Shown in pieces: positions 21,187-34,082 of a stretch of DNA of 64,000 nt. The notes beneath the pieces were generated by a model. It made no database searches. It was not told the DNA's origin and was given only the letters and a program-made list of their open reading frames with translations. Source of the DNA: Flectonema sp. DT1601 (Eukaryota); assembly GCA_964019425.1 (NCBI GenBank), contig OZ025783.1, forward strand, positions 930,001-994,000, read 5' to 3'. Position numbers and translations under genes: made by a program. Each line of letters begins with the position of its first letter. Position 1 is the stretch's first letter.

Positions 21187-23612
21187 TTACATTTCTTGTG
21201 ACTGTTGGCTATCCTTAGCTTCACAATCTGGTATCGCACAGAGTTGTAAGATATCATTCGGTACGTCTTCTGCTCCAGCACTATCTGATAGCCCATCCTC
21301 ACTGTTGGTAATATTAACATTTGAGTTCTCGTTATTGTCCTCGTCTTCTGGAGCACTTGTTCCAGTTGTAATGTTTTTAAAATCTTCACTTTGCTGACTT
21401 TTTGCTGGTTTATCCACCTGCTCAGTTGTAAAGTATGAAACAACAGCAATACAAGCAGTCAAGAAAACCTGTTTTGAAGAGTTAAATAACAGAAGTTGCC
21501 AAGTAAAGTTGCGTAAACATGTTAAAGAAGAAGTACATACAATGTGCTCCCAACCACCTTTTGAAGAATCAGGCCAACCATCATTTAATATTAAGACATG
21601 TTGTATTCTTCTGATATCTTCTTTCCATATATTTCTATTTACAACCAGCGCTATGTCTTGCATGCCTTCGATAACTTCGAGATAGGCAGCAGCTTCTACA
21701 TACCGACCCATCCAAGCATTGAAGTGGCTGAGGTGTAGTAAGGCATAGAATTTCTGTTTTTTGTTGTTGTTGTTGTTGTTGTTGTTTTTTTTTTTTTGCA
21801 CTGTGAGTTTAAAACGAGAAGTTTTAGACAGGATAGATAACAACATACGAAAGTAGCTTGTGACCCAGGAGTATCAAGCAGTTGAGACATGCAAAGCAAT
21901 CCCTCAAGACGAGTTAATATTTTTGGAGGTTCTTTCGATGAGGCAGACATATCAGCGTATCTACCAGATTTCCGATAAGCTGTACACCAAGTGCTGTGTG
22001 ACTTCGCCAATAGAGGAGTGACCTCTTCGCTGGAGATGCTTCCAAGCACGTGAATCATCTGAAATTGTAGGACGCTGTGATTTGATACTTGAAGTGCCTG
22101 TTCTACTTTATTGAGACCCAAGTAAGCCAAAGATAATAAATGAAGAGCTTCAGCGTGATTCTTGGGTGATAGCGGAGTACCAAAAGTAGTCAAGTGTTCA
22201 ATATAAATCCTATTCAGTACCACTAACCATTTAGTAGCAGCAGTAAACTGCTTTGAGAGAAGTAATATTTCTGATATTTGAGTCATGCAGGACATCGTTC
22301 GGGGATGGCTTTCTCCTAATTCTTTGTGTAGGTTTTTATAAGCCATCGAGACAAGTGTGACGGCATCTTTAAAGTTTCCCATTTTTAAACTGCTCAGTGA
22401 CAGGAGTTGTAATATGGTTGCTATTTTTGTTGAAGACTTGCCGTAGCGACGTATTGTTTCCATCAAAAGTTTTTTGAACAGCGCGTGTGACTCTGTTCGA
22501 TTTCCAACAGAGTAGAGAGAGAGAGCGTGTGTTAATTCAACTTTCTCTCTGGCCAACCGGACCATCTCATCTTCATTTCCAACTTCTTCAAACTGCTTCA
22601 TCGCCACTCCTGCTGCAGTTATTGCTGTCTTGAAATCTTTCTTTTTAAAATGTAGTGTAACACGAATCGCTTGTTGAACAGCACTCTCTCTAATAGGACA
22701 AAAGTACATCGGATCCAACTCAATTGGAATGGTGTCGTAGTCGAGATTAGAAGATATTTTATCCATTATTTCTAAAGCCTTCTCACAATGAGGTAATAGA
22801 TTACTACCAAGACAAACAGTCGTGTAGACATTCAACACCGGTAAGAGAATCGCATGTCCATTTCCATGTGAAGCATGAGCTAGTGAGACAGCCTTTCTTG
22901 CTGTCCGAAGAGCAGTTCTGCGAAGTTCCGGATCATCAGATTCGATTAGTTTTGCTGCCTTTCTAATAAACTCAGAGATAGTCTTCCTAACTTTATATGT
23001 TCCGTGAAAGTCTATTGTGCTGCCACCAGTTTTTCCTGGTTGAGTTAAGACTTTCATACTGAGTTCTGCTTCCTGTTCCTCACTTTGTTTTTCATTCATA
23101 TGTCTCATCCAAGAAGTTAGCTTCCCGAGATGACTTTCTGATCTGTTGTCTGGATGGATACCTTCTGCTGGGGAATAGTTCTTTTGAATTACCTGCTTTG
23201 CATTCCCTTGAATAGTATCCAAATCTTTTATCGTGTTTTGAATACTGCGAGGGTTGTGGTGGAGGTCTTTTTGTTGTGGAACCGGATTTTCCATTAATTT
23301 TGGTTTTGTTTCCGTCTTAACCGATGATGCGATAGCTCTAATGTTGGAAGAAGCAGTCTCTTTATTATTCCCTACTTCACTCTTATCTGATTCAAGCAAC
23401 GTGAATGATGACGGCAGAGGTATCATGGGAACTTCTCTCAAAGATTTTAACATCGAACGGTATCTCAGTTCCAGAAATCCTTCATTCATTAACTGAGCAG
23501 GTGCATCATTCTTAGCTCGTTTATTTACTACTCTAATCTTCTCTCTTATAACATCAGGCTTTACACCACTTCTAACAAGCCGCCTGCAGATATTTAAACC
23601 AACGTCTGCCAT
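21187..23612 (-). CDS. TPR-repeat (kinesin-light-chain-like) protein, possibly mitochondrial
   Basis: Helical repeats such as LGESHPRTMSCMTQISEIL. Phase-0 introns at 21754-21848 and 21469-21540. Probable start MADVGLNICRRLVRS is Arg-rich. The start choice is inferred. Confidence 0.7.
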
Positions 23613-24090
23613 GCGGGGAGGGGCTGGTGAAATGAATGAACAAAAAGAAGAGATAACTCCAGAAAAGTACAATTCACTGAACTCTATGTGGACTTTGGAG
23701 TTTCAGGCTGTGACCTTATTACTGTTCATCACGGAAGCTTTTGTGATTTTAAGTCAGGCGAGCTACATGGTTATGCTTACTGTTGACTACAGAAAATGAT
23801 GTACAAAAAAGATGGAAGAACAAAATATTGTTAGTTCGCTATCACATCCTCAACAGTGTTGAGTCATAAAGGACTTATGTTTGACACAAGTTTTTGGGTT
23901 TTTGTTTGTTTGGTCTTTTTTTGGCTTTCAGACACTGCAGCAATGAAAGGGGTAAGAGGGTTTGTCGATGATGGATGGGGAATCGGGACTGGTAAGCGTT
24001 GCCTGTTTTCAACAGTAACATTGCAGGCCTACATCTGCAATGGATGGCAGAATATCCGCAAACGAGTCTCCCACTTGCTACACCAATGGT

Positions 24091-25502
24091 TTAGAAAAGC
24101 GCCTGTGGTGGAAAGTCACTTGTCTTTGACAGCTTTTCCTGTTTGTGTTGAATTGGATTCCCTTTCAAATGACGTCCTTCAAAAATACAATAAAATTATC
24201 ACTTTAACATACCTCACTCCATACATACGCAGGTAGTAAAGTAACTGAATTTGGTCCAAGATGACATGATGCAGTAAAGAAAAGAGAGTCAGACTGTGGA
24301 GTTGTGGTAGTAGCAGCACGCAGCCCATTAACGTAAAATGTCGTGTTCTCTTTTGTTATGAGGAGCGAGACTGTGTCCCCTCTTGAGAAAGCAGAAATTT
24401 CTTCACCAAGACTATTATTGTTAACAATGTGACCTGTTGATTGGAAAGCAACAGAGTCAGCCGTTGCACCAACGAATGATTGAATCTCACTGTCTTTCTC
24501 AGGTGAGATTCCAACAGCTAATGTACGAATTTCCTCCACCAACAAGTGAATTTCTACTGCAGTTCCAGCTGTTAAAGGAATAGCTCCATTACATGATATA
24601 GATCTCCATCCAGCACTAATCTGACATGATGCACTACTACCGTCGGCGTTAAATATAAAGTTTGGTGAAAACACATCAAAGCTGAGACCGTACTCCTGCA
24701 ACTCTGACCTAGAAAGTGAGCTGAGACGAGTGCGTGTATTTGATACCAGTGGAGACACTGGAGATGGTTCGAGTTCTGTTGGGGAAAGTTTCACACCAAA
24801 CTGTTCTTCAAAACGAGAATATATAATACTCGCAGAGTGTGGATGAGTTGACATCACTTGTTTCAATCTCATGAACAGTTGACGAGATGATTCTAACATA
24901 CGCTGCTTGTTGTTGTCGAGAGTACTGCTGAATGCTGAACGGAGTATTATCGGTGCTAGCTGAGAGCAGTCAGTTGTATTAAAGTCCGAAAAATTAATAC
25001 CACTGGGACCACCATAAACTGGTCCTCTAGTAGGAGCAACAATCGCAGTCTTTTCTGAAGGACTTGGTGACGTTATTATACCTAAGGCGTCAATGTAGTG
25101 AGATGCGCGGCCAGCAAAGCCAATCACTCGCTGACCTTCCCTCTTTAGGAATCTCGCAGATCCACAATTTCCTCCAATCCACTTGCTGCGGGACCCGGCA
25201 GACGTTGAGAACATAATCGAGTTAATGTGACTGTTCCTCTCACCATTACTACACCTTATACCAACAGAAGTGATGTAGTCACCTTTAGCTATTGATACCT
25301 CTGTAACATCTCCTGTGGCATCTCCGTGAGCTGCAGTGTCTCCTGTTCTCCATTCGGTTTCTATTCCAGTAATCCATTCTCCGTCATACCAAACTCTTAT
25401 GGTACTTAGTTGTTGTTCTTCTTCTATTTTAGGAAGTGCTCTACCTCCAATGTCTTGCTTTGGTTTTAGAGAGCATTTCCTAAACTCGGCTACCGATGAC
25501 AT
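24091..25502 (-). CDS. Jacalin-like lectin domain plus SPRY-like domain protein
   Basis: Jacalin hallmarks are GDYITSV, INSIMFSTS and VIGFAGRASHYIDALG. The C-terminus has SPRY-like strands (LAVGI, FVG, FSRGDTVSLLI, TFYVNG). A phase-0 intron at 24139-24212 adds EKLSKTSDFPPQALF*. Confidence 0.7.
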
Positions 25503-26633
25503 TGTTCTGGAAGTTGTTTTGTAAAATAACTTAATTCACTAGACAGGTTTGCAAAATGCAATGAGAACACTTTAATAGGATTTGTAATAATTGTAGTGTA
25601 GTAGCTGATGGAGTGAATGCAATCGTTTACTTTAAATATTAAGAAGTGAATTCCCTATTCAAATACTTAGAAGACGACCACCGTGAGGTCGATAACACAG
25701 CCAAACGACGAGGAAATTGACGAGAGACGAACGCGAAAAAATGAAAATATAAAAAAACGGGAAGCGCGGGAAGTTTAGAAAACGAATAACCTTAAAACCC
25801 TCAAGAAACAAACAACACGGGTGGAAACAGCCCTGCGACATGGGGTTTCTTGTCGGAAAGCTATTGCTCCCTTCAGAACGAACATATTTCTCATATAATG
25901 AGCGAAACATTAACACTATCAAAGGGGGGGGATTCGAACTAAACACATGTAAGGTGGCATCTCTTTGAAGTTTTTCTTTGTTACGCTCCACACCAACAAG
26001 TGGTGTACAACTACCACAGATTGGCTTCCTCTCTCGTCGGATTCTTCTTCTGTTATAAAAAAATGGCCGAAAGGGGCATGGGAGGGGAAAGTAACACTTT
26101 TTCTTCCGGGTTTCATTGGTTTCTCTTTCTCTTTTTTTCTTTTTCTCACTTGTAATGGACATGTGGACTCTCGCAATGAGAACGCCATTCATCTTCTGTG
26201 AAAGACACAGCCGACCAGATAATTGCGACACAACAAGCTGTTTAATGCCACAGTTGTGAAAAAAAAAAAAAAAAACATCCGACTCTGTATGCCATAAATA
26301 ACCAACAGAAAGAAACGCAGCGAAAATCATAACTCAGCAGTTTCCAACCCCGCAGGTGAGGGCAATACTGCCTCTGTATCCATCCAATGAACGATGATGA
26401 CAAAGTACCAATTTAAACTGTACACAACATGTAATAAAACTAAGCCACTCGGAAAGGAGGAATACTGGGATTGGGGAAAAGGGTCTTTTTCTTATTCTTT
26501 TCTTTTTTTTTTTTTTTTTTTTTTACCTCATTTTTCAGCCTTCTTTTCATTAGTTGGTATTTCATAAGTTACTACGGAGTAAGATTTCATTTAAGATGAA
26601 TGCGCGGAGGTAAGAGTGACAACTGCTCACTAC

Positions 26634-27332
26634 TTACTTGAAAAGACCATCACGAATCAGAGGCATAAGCTGTGTTGTTGTTGTTTTAGTTTCCCCCCAC
26701 TATGTCTATATGAATACAGCTGTAAAATAATTGAAAAACAAATAACTACAAACCTCCTCTATGCAGTTCTCTAGTCTGTGTGAAAGAGTGTTGTTGCAGA
26801 CGACGGTATTCTGACGAGCAGAAACGATGCATCCACCGAGAACGGAGTCTGGAAGGTGTTCGGAGTTTACTTCAACGGAGAGATCCTTCTCGTTCTTAGC
26901 AGCAGTCTTTGCGATACCAACGTCATCTTTCTTAACCTTTACGATAGCAGTCTTTACACCGTCCATCTTTACAGCCTTAATAGCCTCAGCAAAGAGGTTG
27001 TTAAACAATTTTTGGTATTCTCCTCCTCCCGACATTTTCTTAATCGCGTCAGAAGTGCTCTTCGCTAATTCCTCAACGGCTTCGTTTCTCTCTTTCAAAA
27101 TAATTCCTCTCATTTCCTTCAACTTGTTAGCGTGAGCTACACGGAGTTCAATTCTGCTGGTTTCCAACTCCTTGGCGCATTGTCTGTCAATTTCTTCTTC
27201 TTGTTTCTTTGAGTTCTCGAGCTTTGAAGCCTCAGCCTCGTTTCTGGCCTTCGTGGTGATTTCCTGAGCCTTCTCTTCAGCCTCTGAGAGGATGAATTGC
27301 TTCATCTGTTCAATCTGTCTCTTGGTGTCCAT
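26634..27332 (-). CDS. ATP6V1E: V-type ATPase V1 subunit E
   Basis: Motifs are RQIEQMKQFILSEAEEKAQEI and LGGCIV..VCNNTLSHRL. A phase-0 intron at 26670-26753 restores the conserved end LMPLIRDGLF. Confidence 0.92.
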
Positions 27333-28582
27333 TTTTGTTGTTTTTTTGTTTTGTAATGACAATGGCTGTAGTAGTGGATATTATTATTTTTGACTAACTG
27401 CGCTTAGAATACTACCACGATAGCTCTTTCGAAGCTCTCACAACCATTTGTATCTAAAAAGAAGAAACGAAATTCTCACGATTGGCAATCGTTCTCAACT
27501 GAGATTAAGTAATTCACCTGGTGGTCTTGTTTTTTTTTTTTTTTTTTACTTTGTTTTTATTGGTAAATTGTCTCGTCTTCTTTTCACCTCCTTAAGGAAA
27601 AAAAATGAAATATTCTAAGTAATAAAGGAAAGTCATGGGGAAGGGATGGTGGTGGGAAGTAATAAATGAGGGGTCGTCAGACCAACCACAAACACAGATC
27701 GTTTTAATACTGCTTGCGGCTAGTAACTTGTAATCTGTTTGCACGATGTCACAATCATGTACAGGTAGGAATCGCGGGAAGTGACAATTTTTTTTTCTTT
27801 TTTTTTTGTTTCTCACCACCCTCCTTTTTCCAATTCGGATGTGAATCAGCTGCTCCTTGTCTTCAGTAGCTTTAGAAAATCTTATTAACATTTCCTTTTT
27901 CGGAGATTGCAAGTCGGTTTTTGTTAGTGAAGGGTAAGACACGTGTTGTACAAAAGACAACTAACGACGCTTTTTTTTTTTTCCCCTCTCCTTCACAAAA
28001 TATCAATAACCACGAAGCAAGAGAGGCTTCAAAGAATAAATAGATAGATAAGGAAGTCCAATGCATTGCGTACTGTGCATCGCTGATACAGCAAATTAGG
28101 GATCATCGGGTTAACTCCCAACAGATGCATACAGTCACCTTAACCATAAAATAATAGGGGAAACGGGTGTCTACGATAGGGAGAAAAAAAAAAAGAAAGA
28201 AAAAAAAGAGGGGGGAAGCAGAGGGAATTGAAAAAGGGTTTGTTTTCTGAAAGACATTATAAGAAAAGCCAGCGACTGTACCCGCAGCACTAGTAGTGTT
28301 ACTATATGATAATGCTAAGTCGTGTAAAGTTACTTTGAACTCCTAACACACGGGTAATACCGTATTCCTAAGAACAAAGAACTCTATGAAAGAATCTATA
28401 CACAAATTAAAAAAATAAGATGGGGGAAATAAAATATGAATTAAGTCTTCGGATTAAGCAACGATAAGCAATTTCTTATCAACCGACGGCTACGCACACA
28501 GAAAAGTAACTAGCTAATTGATTCTTACTATGGGTTCACGCGTTGAATCTGTAGAAAGACTTGCTTTTTTCTTTCAAGGTTT

Positions 28583-31500
28583 TTATTTCGCGCTGTTATT
28601 TGTTTTGTTGTTTTCTTTTTTTAACAATTTTATAAAAAAAATTTCAATAAAACACATACAACGAAGAACTGTAAGAAGAGTGCAACGTTGAGGTTCGTTG
28701 CCTTCCTAACTTTGCTTGTGAATTGCGTACCTGACCCAGAGTAGATCTCGTGCCTGCAGTACTAGGCCAAGCACCTGTACTTCCGTTATGAAATCCGTCT
28801 CCTGTGTGGTGATTTAAATTGAAATAGACGCAATAATATTTTTGTTAAATATAAACATCATAAAACCATACTACCAGATCCATCTGCGCTGTTAGTCCGC
28901 ATTGTGTTGGCTCGTACAAGTGGCTGTTTTTTTGTTAAGTAAATTGATATTCTGAACGACCACCATTAAACTATTGTTAAAGAGAAAAAGGATCACAAAT
29001 AACAAACCTGTCCTTGTGGTCTAGCTCTAGAAGAGTATGTAGTCCCTTGAACCTTTGCTGATTCTGGTTGACAATGGTAAACAGGTGCTGGTGACACAGA
29101 ATCATGATATTCAAATGAGACAAGTTTAACTGTTCCTTTTTGTGGAGGTTGGCTTGAAGCTGTTTGACCTGCTCCCAAAACAGCTTGCCTATCAGTAAAA
29201 ACATTAGGAGGATGCTGATACGCGTAGTACTCCTGGTTAAATATCAACTCAGCCTTGTCTCTCTCATCCGTAGTAATTTCATTTCCATCAATCACTAAAC
29301 AGTTTGGAAGTTTATTTATAAGAGTAGGTCTGTACATTGATTTCCTGACAACAGCGTTACCTGATAAGTAGATTTCAGTGAGTCGGTCGAACCCTTCTAG
29401 TTTATCGATTTCATTTAAGTCAGAAACTCTGTTTGCAGTTAGAAATAATCTGTTTAGGTTGGGCAGAAATCGAAGACCGTCGAGATGTTTGATCATGTTC
29501 TCCTCAGCTCGAAGATCTCTGAGACAATGACAGCCCATGAAAGATCGCTCATCAAATCCACGAAGTTTGTTTCGGTCGACGATCAGTTCGCAGAGTTGCG
29601 CAAGATGCTCAAGTCCATCGATGCGAGTAATCTCATTTGATCTGAGATTTAGAAATTTTAAATTCGGAAGTTTCAAACAAAGACCAGACAATGATGAGAT
29701 TTGATTTCCCTCCAAAGACAAACTTTCCAAACTACTCATCTGTTCTAAACATTTTCCAATTGGAAATGTCTTACCTGAAGAGTCTGATGTCAAACGATTG
29801 CTGTTTAGGTTAAGAGAGAGTAAAGTAGTACACTCTCGTAAGCCATTGACATCATTAAGAAGGTTGTGATCACACTTCAAGTGTAATAATGACGGAAAGT
29901 GTTCCAACAAACTCAATTCACGAATACTACAAGAGCTCAAGTTCAATTCCGTTACATTAACCCATTCGGTCATCTTCCCAACCTTTTCGGTTAGCAGTTC
30001 CGGACTCATCTTCCCAGCAAAGGTTTCCTTTGCTTTTGTAGTTTCGTTTGTGTCTATTGAAACGCCGTCTAAAACCTTTAATTTCTTTAAATTGAATACG
30101 GTGTAGAGACGGTACTCATTTTCATTACAGAGTGGGTTACCAGACAAGTCTAATATAATAAGTTTTGGGACTTCACGAAGGTAATTTAGTTCTTTGAGAT
30201 TGTCAATCTTATTGTTTCCAATGTAGAGTTCCATTAGACCTTGGACCTTATGAATACCCTGTAACGAGTAGATATCGTTGTCTTCAAGAGAGAGTTGAGA
30301 GAGGTGAGGAAGTGCTTCGAGTCCTTCTATTTTATTTATTTTATTTTTACCGAGTTCCAGCTTTCGGATGTTCGTCAGAAATGTCAAATTTTCAATTTTA
30401 ATAATTTTATTATCGTCCAGGTAGAGTTCTTCGAGGTTTGGATTGTTTTCTAAATTTTCAATTTTGCTGATTTCATTCTCACTCAGGTTCAGTTTTCTAA
30501 CGTCCCTGCATTTCTCAAATGATTGAATTCTTCTAACCTTTAGTTTACTGCAATTTATTTCAACTGCCTTTGTCAATGCCAATTCATCACTAACACTTAC
30601 AATTTTATCATCACCATCATCTGTTACAGAAGACTTCTCTCCGTCCCTACTCAATTCTTTCCAGTGCTTGCCACCTTCGTTGCTTAGTGGTTGTAGGCAA
30701 AGTGCCCATCCCAAAGTCTGTTTTTATTTGTTTTTTTTAATATTGCTTTCCATAAGAATGCTTTAGTATTGATACATACTGGTTGTGTGTGGCAGTGCTT
30801 TGCAATTAACGAGTGGCTAAGAGCACTTATACGATCTTGGGCTGACCTTAACTGTGTGTGAATGTGTTATTGATTTTTTCTGTTAAGAAGTAAAACAAAA
30901 ATGAATAAAAAAAATATTAAATCATACGTCATCAGCTGTTACCGGTTTTCCATCGAGTAGCTTGAGACCTGGGACTCGGCGAAGAACAATATAACGATAA
31001 CCTCTAACCTCACAAATTGCATTGTTTTGAAGAGAAAGATCGACCACTGTCGGTACTATCTTTTTAATAACATTCACATCTTCCAATCGATATATTAAAT
31101 TATTGTTTAGCTCAAGTTTTGATAGGGATGGTAATCCTTTCAATCCGTCAACCTTTTTAATTAAATTAAACGACAAGTCTAAGTGAGTCAAGTGAGGAAG
31201 GTCTTGGATTCCCTCAATCTTTTGTATCTCATTAAAGGAGAGAATTAAATGTCTCATATTAACACAAAGGTGGACCAATTCAACACTGCGAATATGATTT
31301 CCAAAAAGGTTAAGATAAATAACTTGGTCTAGTTCAGTACATCTGGTAACTCTTTTAATTAATTCTAAGTCGATTTCTGATGCCTTTGGACGTTGAGCTG
31401 GTACTGGAGCGCTTGATACCAATTCACATGATGTCTCTTTGTCACTTCCAGCGATGAAATTACATTGATGGATATAAGACAGAAAATAGTGTGAATAAGA

Positions 31501-33495
31501 TCGAATATCAGTAGCGTCAAGTTCTGACTTTGTTGGAACAAGTTTGTTTATAACTTCTTGTAACTCATCAAGCCTATCATCTGTTGAGTAGTCGACTAGT
31601 GTTGATATTGGTAATTTAGATTGAGGATCTGCAGTAGGGATGTACATAAATTCTACCAAGTATTCAGGCATAATACAAAGGTTATCAAAACAAAACCAAA
31701 CTCTGTGCTGTTCATTATCAGATTTACATCTAAAAACAGAACCAAGTGAACTACTGTAATCCTTCCTACGGATTCTTGCAGCAGGTAAGCTACCTTTGCT
31801 GGCTATTAATTGTTCGAAGCCTTGTTCTTTGGAATCTATTTCTGATTTCCAGGCCGGGTCGCTTCTCGCTTGACAGCATTTCCCCAGATAGACCTTTGTG
31901 ACTAAGAGTCTTCCCATTAGTCCGTCGTTTTTAAAATTTGAATTAGGACCTAACAAACCTTTCTTGTGTAAATCAATTAATCTGTTTTGCTCGGAGAGAA
32001 AGACGCTGTTTGTGAGTGGGATGCCTCCTTCTTTTCCATTGGCTTCAAGTTCTGCAGGGTTTCGGAAACCAGATTCAATTGATGATGAGAGTTCCCCAGG
32101 GAGTTCAGGATCCTCACCGTAGAAGAGGTACTCGAGAGCTTTCTTATAATTCTGATTGGAAGTATCAATCAAATGATCTAAACGATCTTCAAATCTATTC
32201 TTTGGAAACCTACTATGAACACGAGCTACTTTAGTAATCCTAATACCGGATATTCCAAATGGTGCAAAGTCTGACGCACAGAAACGACCTCTTACCAAAT
32301 CCATGCAGGACTGATACCAAACATCTTGAGGCTTTCCTTCTTCCATTCGGATGTTACCACCAGTTTGTAATTCAACAAGTAGTCTGCTGATGTTGTCTTT
32401 GATTATTGTTTCTATTGTCTCTCGAAGTTGTTCGTACTTTTCGTCTATAAGTTCGATTTCTCTGTGCTTTTGTAAAGTAGTTTTCTTAACTGACTGAAGC
32501 TTTACTTCATACTCACTAATACTAGCACTGCTTCCTGTCTCCATGTCTGGAAGTCTCTTTGCTTCTTCCAACTCTCGCTCTAGTTCTTTAGCCATTCTAC
32601 ATAACACATTCAAGGCTAAGTTTACTTCTGAGTGCTTCGTTTGCCGGAATTGGTCGGCTTTCTTTATTAAGTTGTTAGTGTTTCTTTTTAAAGTTTTAAT
32701 ACGCATATTATAATACATCTTCTTCTTTACGAAGGTTGCTTCTGCTAACTGCCTGCTCTCATCAGATATTATGTTGTAGTCGATTACCCTAACCCTACTG
32801 AGATGGTATAAAGTGTATGTCTGATAATTACACAGTTGACATACTGGATTGTCACCAAAGTGAGGATCACTAAAGTAGACGTGAGTAAGATTTGGTAGTC
32901 TGTCAAGGTGAGGTATCTCTCTGAATGAACCAATCTGGTTTCCAGCAATATTTAATTCCTCTAAAGCCAGGTTAGCATCTAAGTGATGACCCATACTTAC
33001 AAGTTGATTAGCTGCAACCCAAAGGACTCGGAGGTTTGTTAGTTTTGTCAGCCCACCGAGTTCTGAGATTTTATTATCCTGGAGCCACAATACTTCTAAT
33101 CCAGTCAAACAGTCAAGTCCTTCAATCTCTGAAATGTTATTTGAGTACAAGTAAAGTTCCTTAAGTCTGGTACAGGATTCTAATCCTTGAATCTTAGAAA
33201 TATTATTCTCATTAAGCCAACAGTACTCCAGGGACACTAATTCATCGAGCCCTTCTATTACACTTATCGACTGGTGGACTATTTGAAGTTTAACTAAACC
33301 AGGAAACCATGCAACGTGTTTCATCACTGGCAAAGCCATTAAAAATAATTCCATTCCTTCTACCTGATGACGATTATACAAGAAATCATCCCTACTGATT
33401 CCATTCACTTCACAAATGTCTTGGAGCATTGGCGTCTCTGACCAGGCGATTTGCGCTGCGCGCAGTTGATCCGACGATACATCCCTCCCTGTCAT
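28583..33495 (-). CDS. LRRC9: Leucine-rich repeat-containing protein 9 homolog (SDS22-type LRRs flanking a PARP-like region)
   Basis: ICEVNGIS N-terminus, NPVCQLCNYQTYTLYHL, KKKMYYNMRIKT, ELQTGGNIRMEEG, LEYLFYG and PEYLVEF, plus many L..L.L..N.I..IEGL repeats. Introns are 30852-30927, 30718-30779 and 28924-29007 (phase 0), then less certain 28802-28871 (phase 1) and 28593-28659 (phase 2). Confidence 0.82.
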
Positions 33496-34082
33496 TGTTT
33501 TACCCGCCGATACGCCCCTGTAGGAATGGGCGTCTGTCTAGGAGGTGCTGTGAAAGAAGAAAAAATAAATTATTTTCACAGCTGTTTCTTAATTACAGAA
33601 ATACTTCCAGCGGGACATCATAAAAAGATAAGGACTCACTTGAGCAAAAAGAAGTGAGCGAAAAGACTTACCTATGAATCCGTAACTATCTAGGTTAAGA
33701 ACCACAACAGAAAGAAAGGAATTAATTGCACCAGTTCCGCTGTTCGAGAAGCAGTAGGTTTATTTATAGTATACAGGAAAATATATAGCACTACTTAATA
33801 TGACAATCTAAAAATCTAAAATAAATAAACTCACCAGAACAACAGTACATCTAACGATACTTACGGCAGCGTTATTTGTTTGATAATAGTATTTGAAAAA
33901 AGAATTGGTTTAACGAACAACTTTCTTCTTCATACGGAAAGGTTCGTTCAGTTTTAAGAAAAAGGTACAATAAAAGACGTTGTGCTGCTGTTCTTCACGC
34001 ACTAAAAATAAAAGGAGGAAAGAATTACAAGTTCCTCTTGCCCTTCATGGTTCTGGGGACTTGTTGATGTCAATTCGACTGT

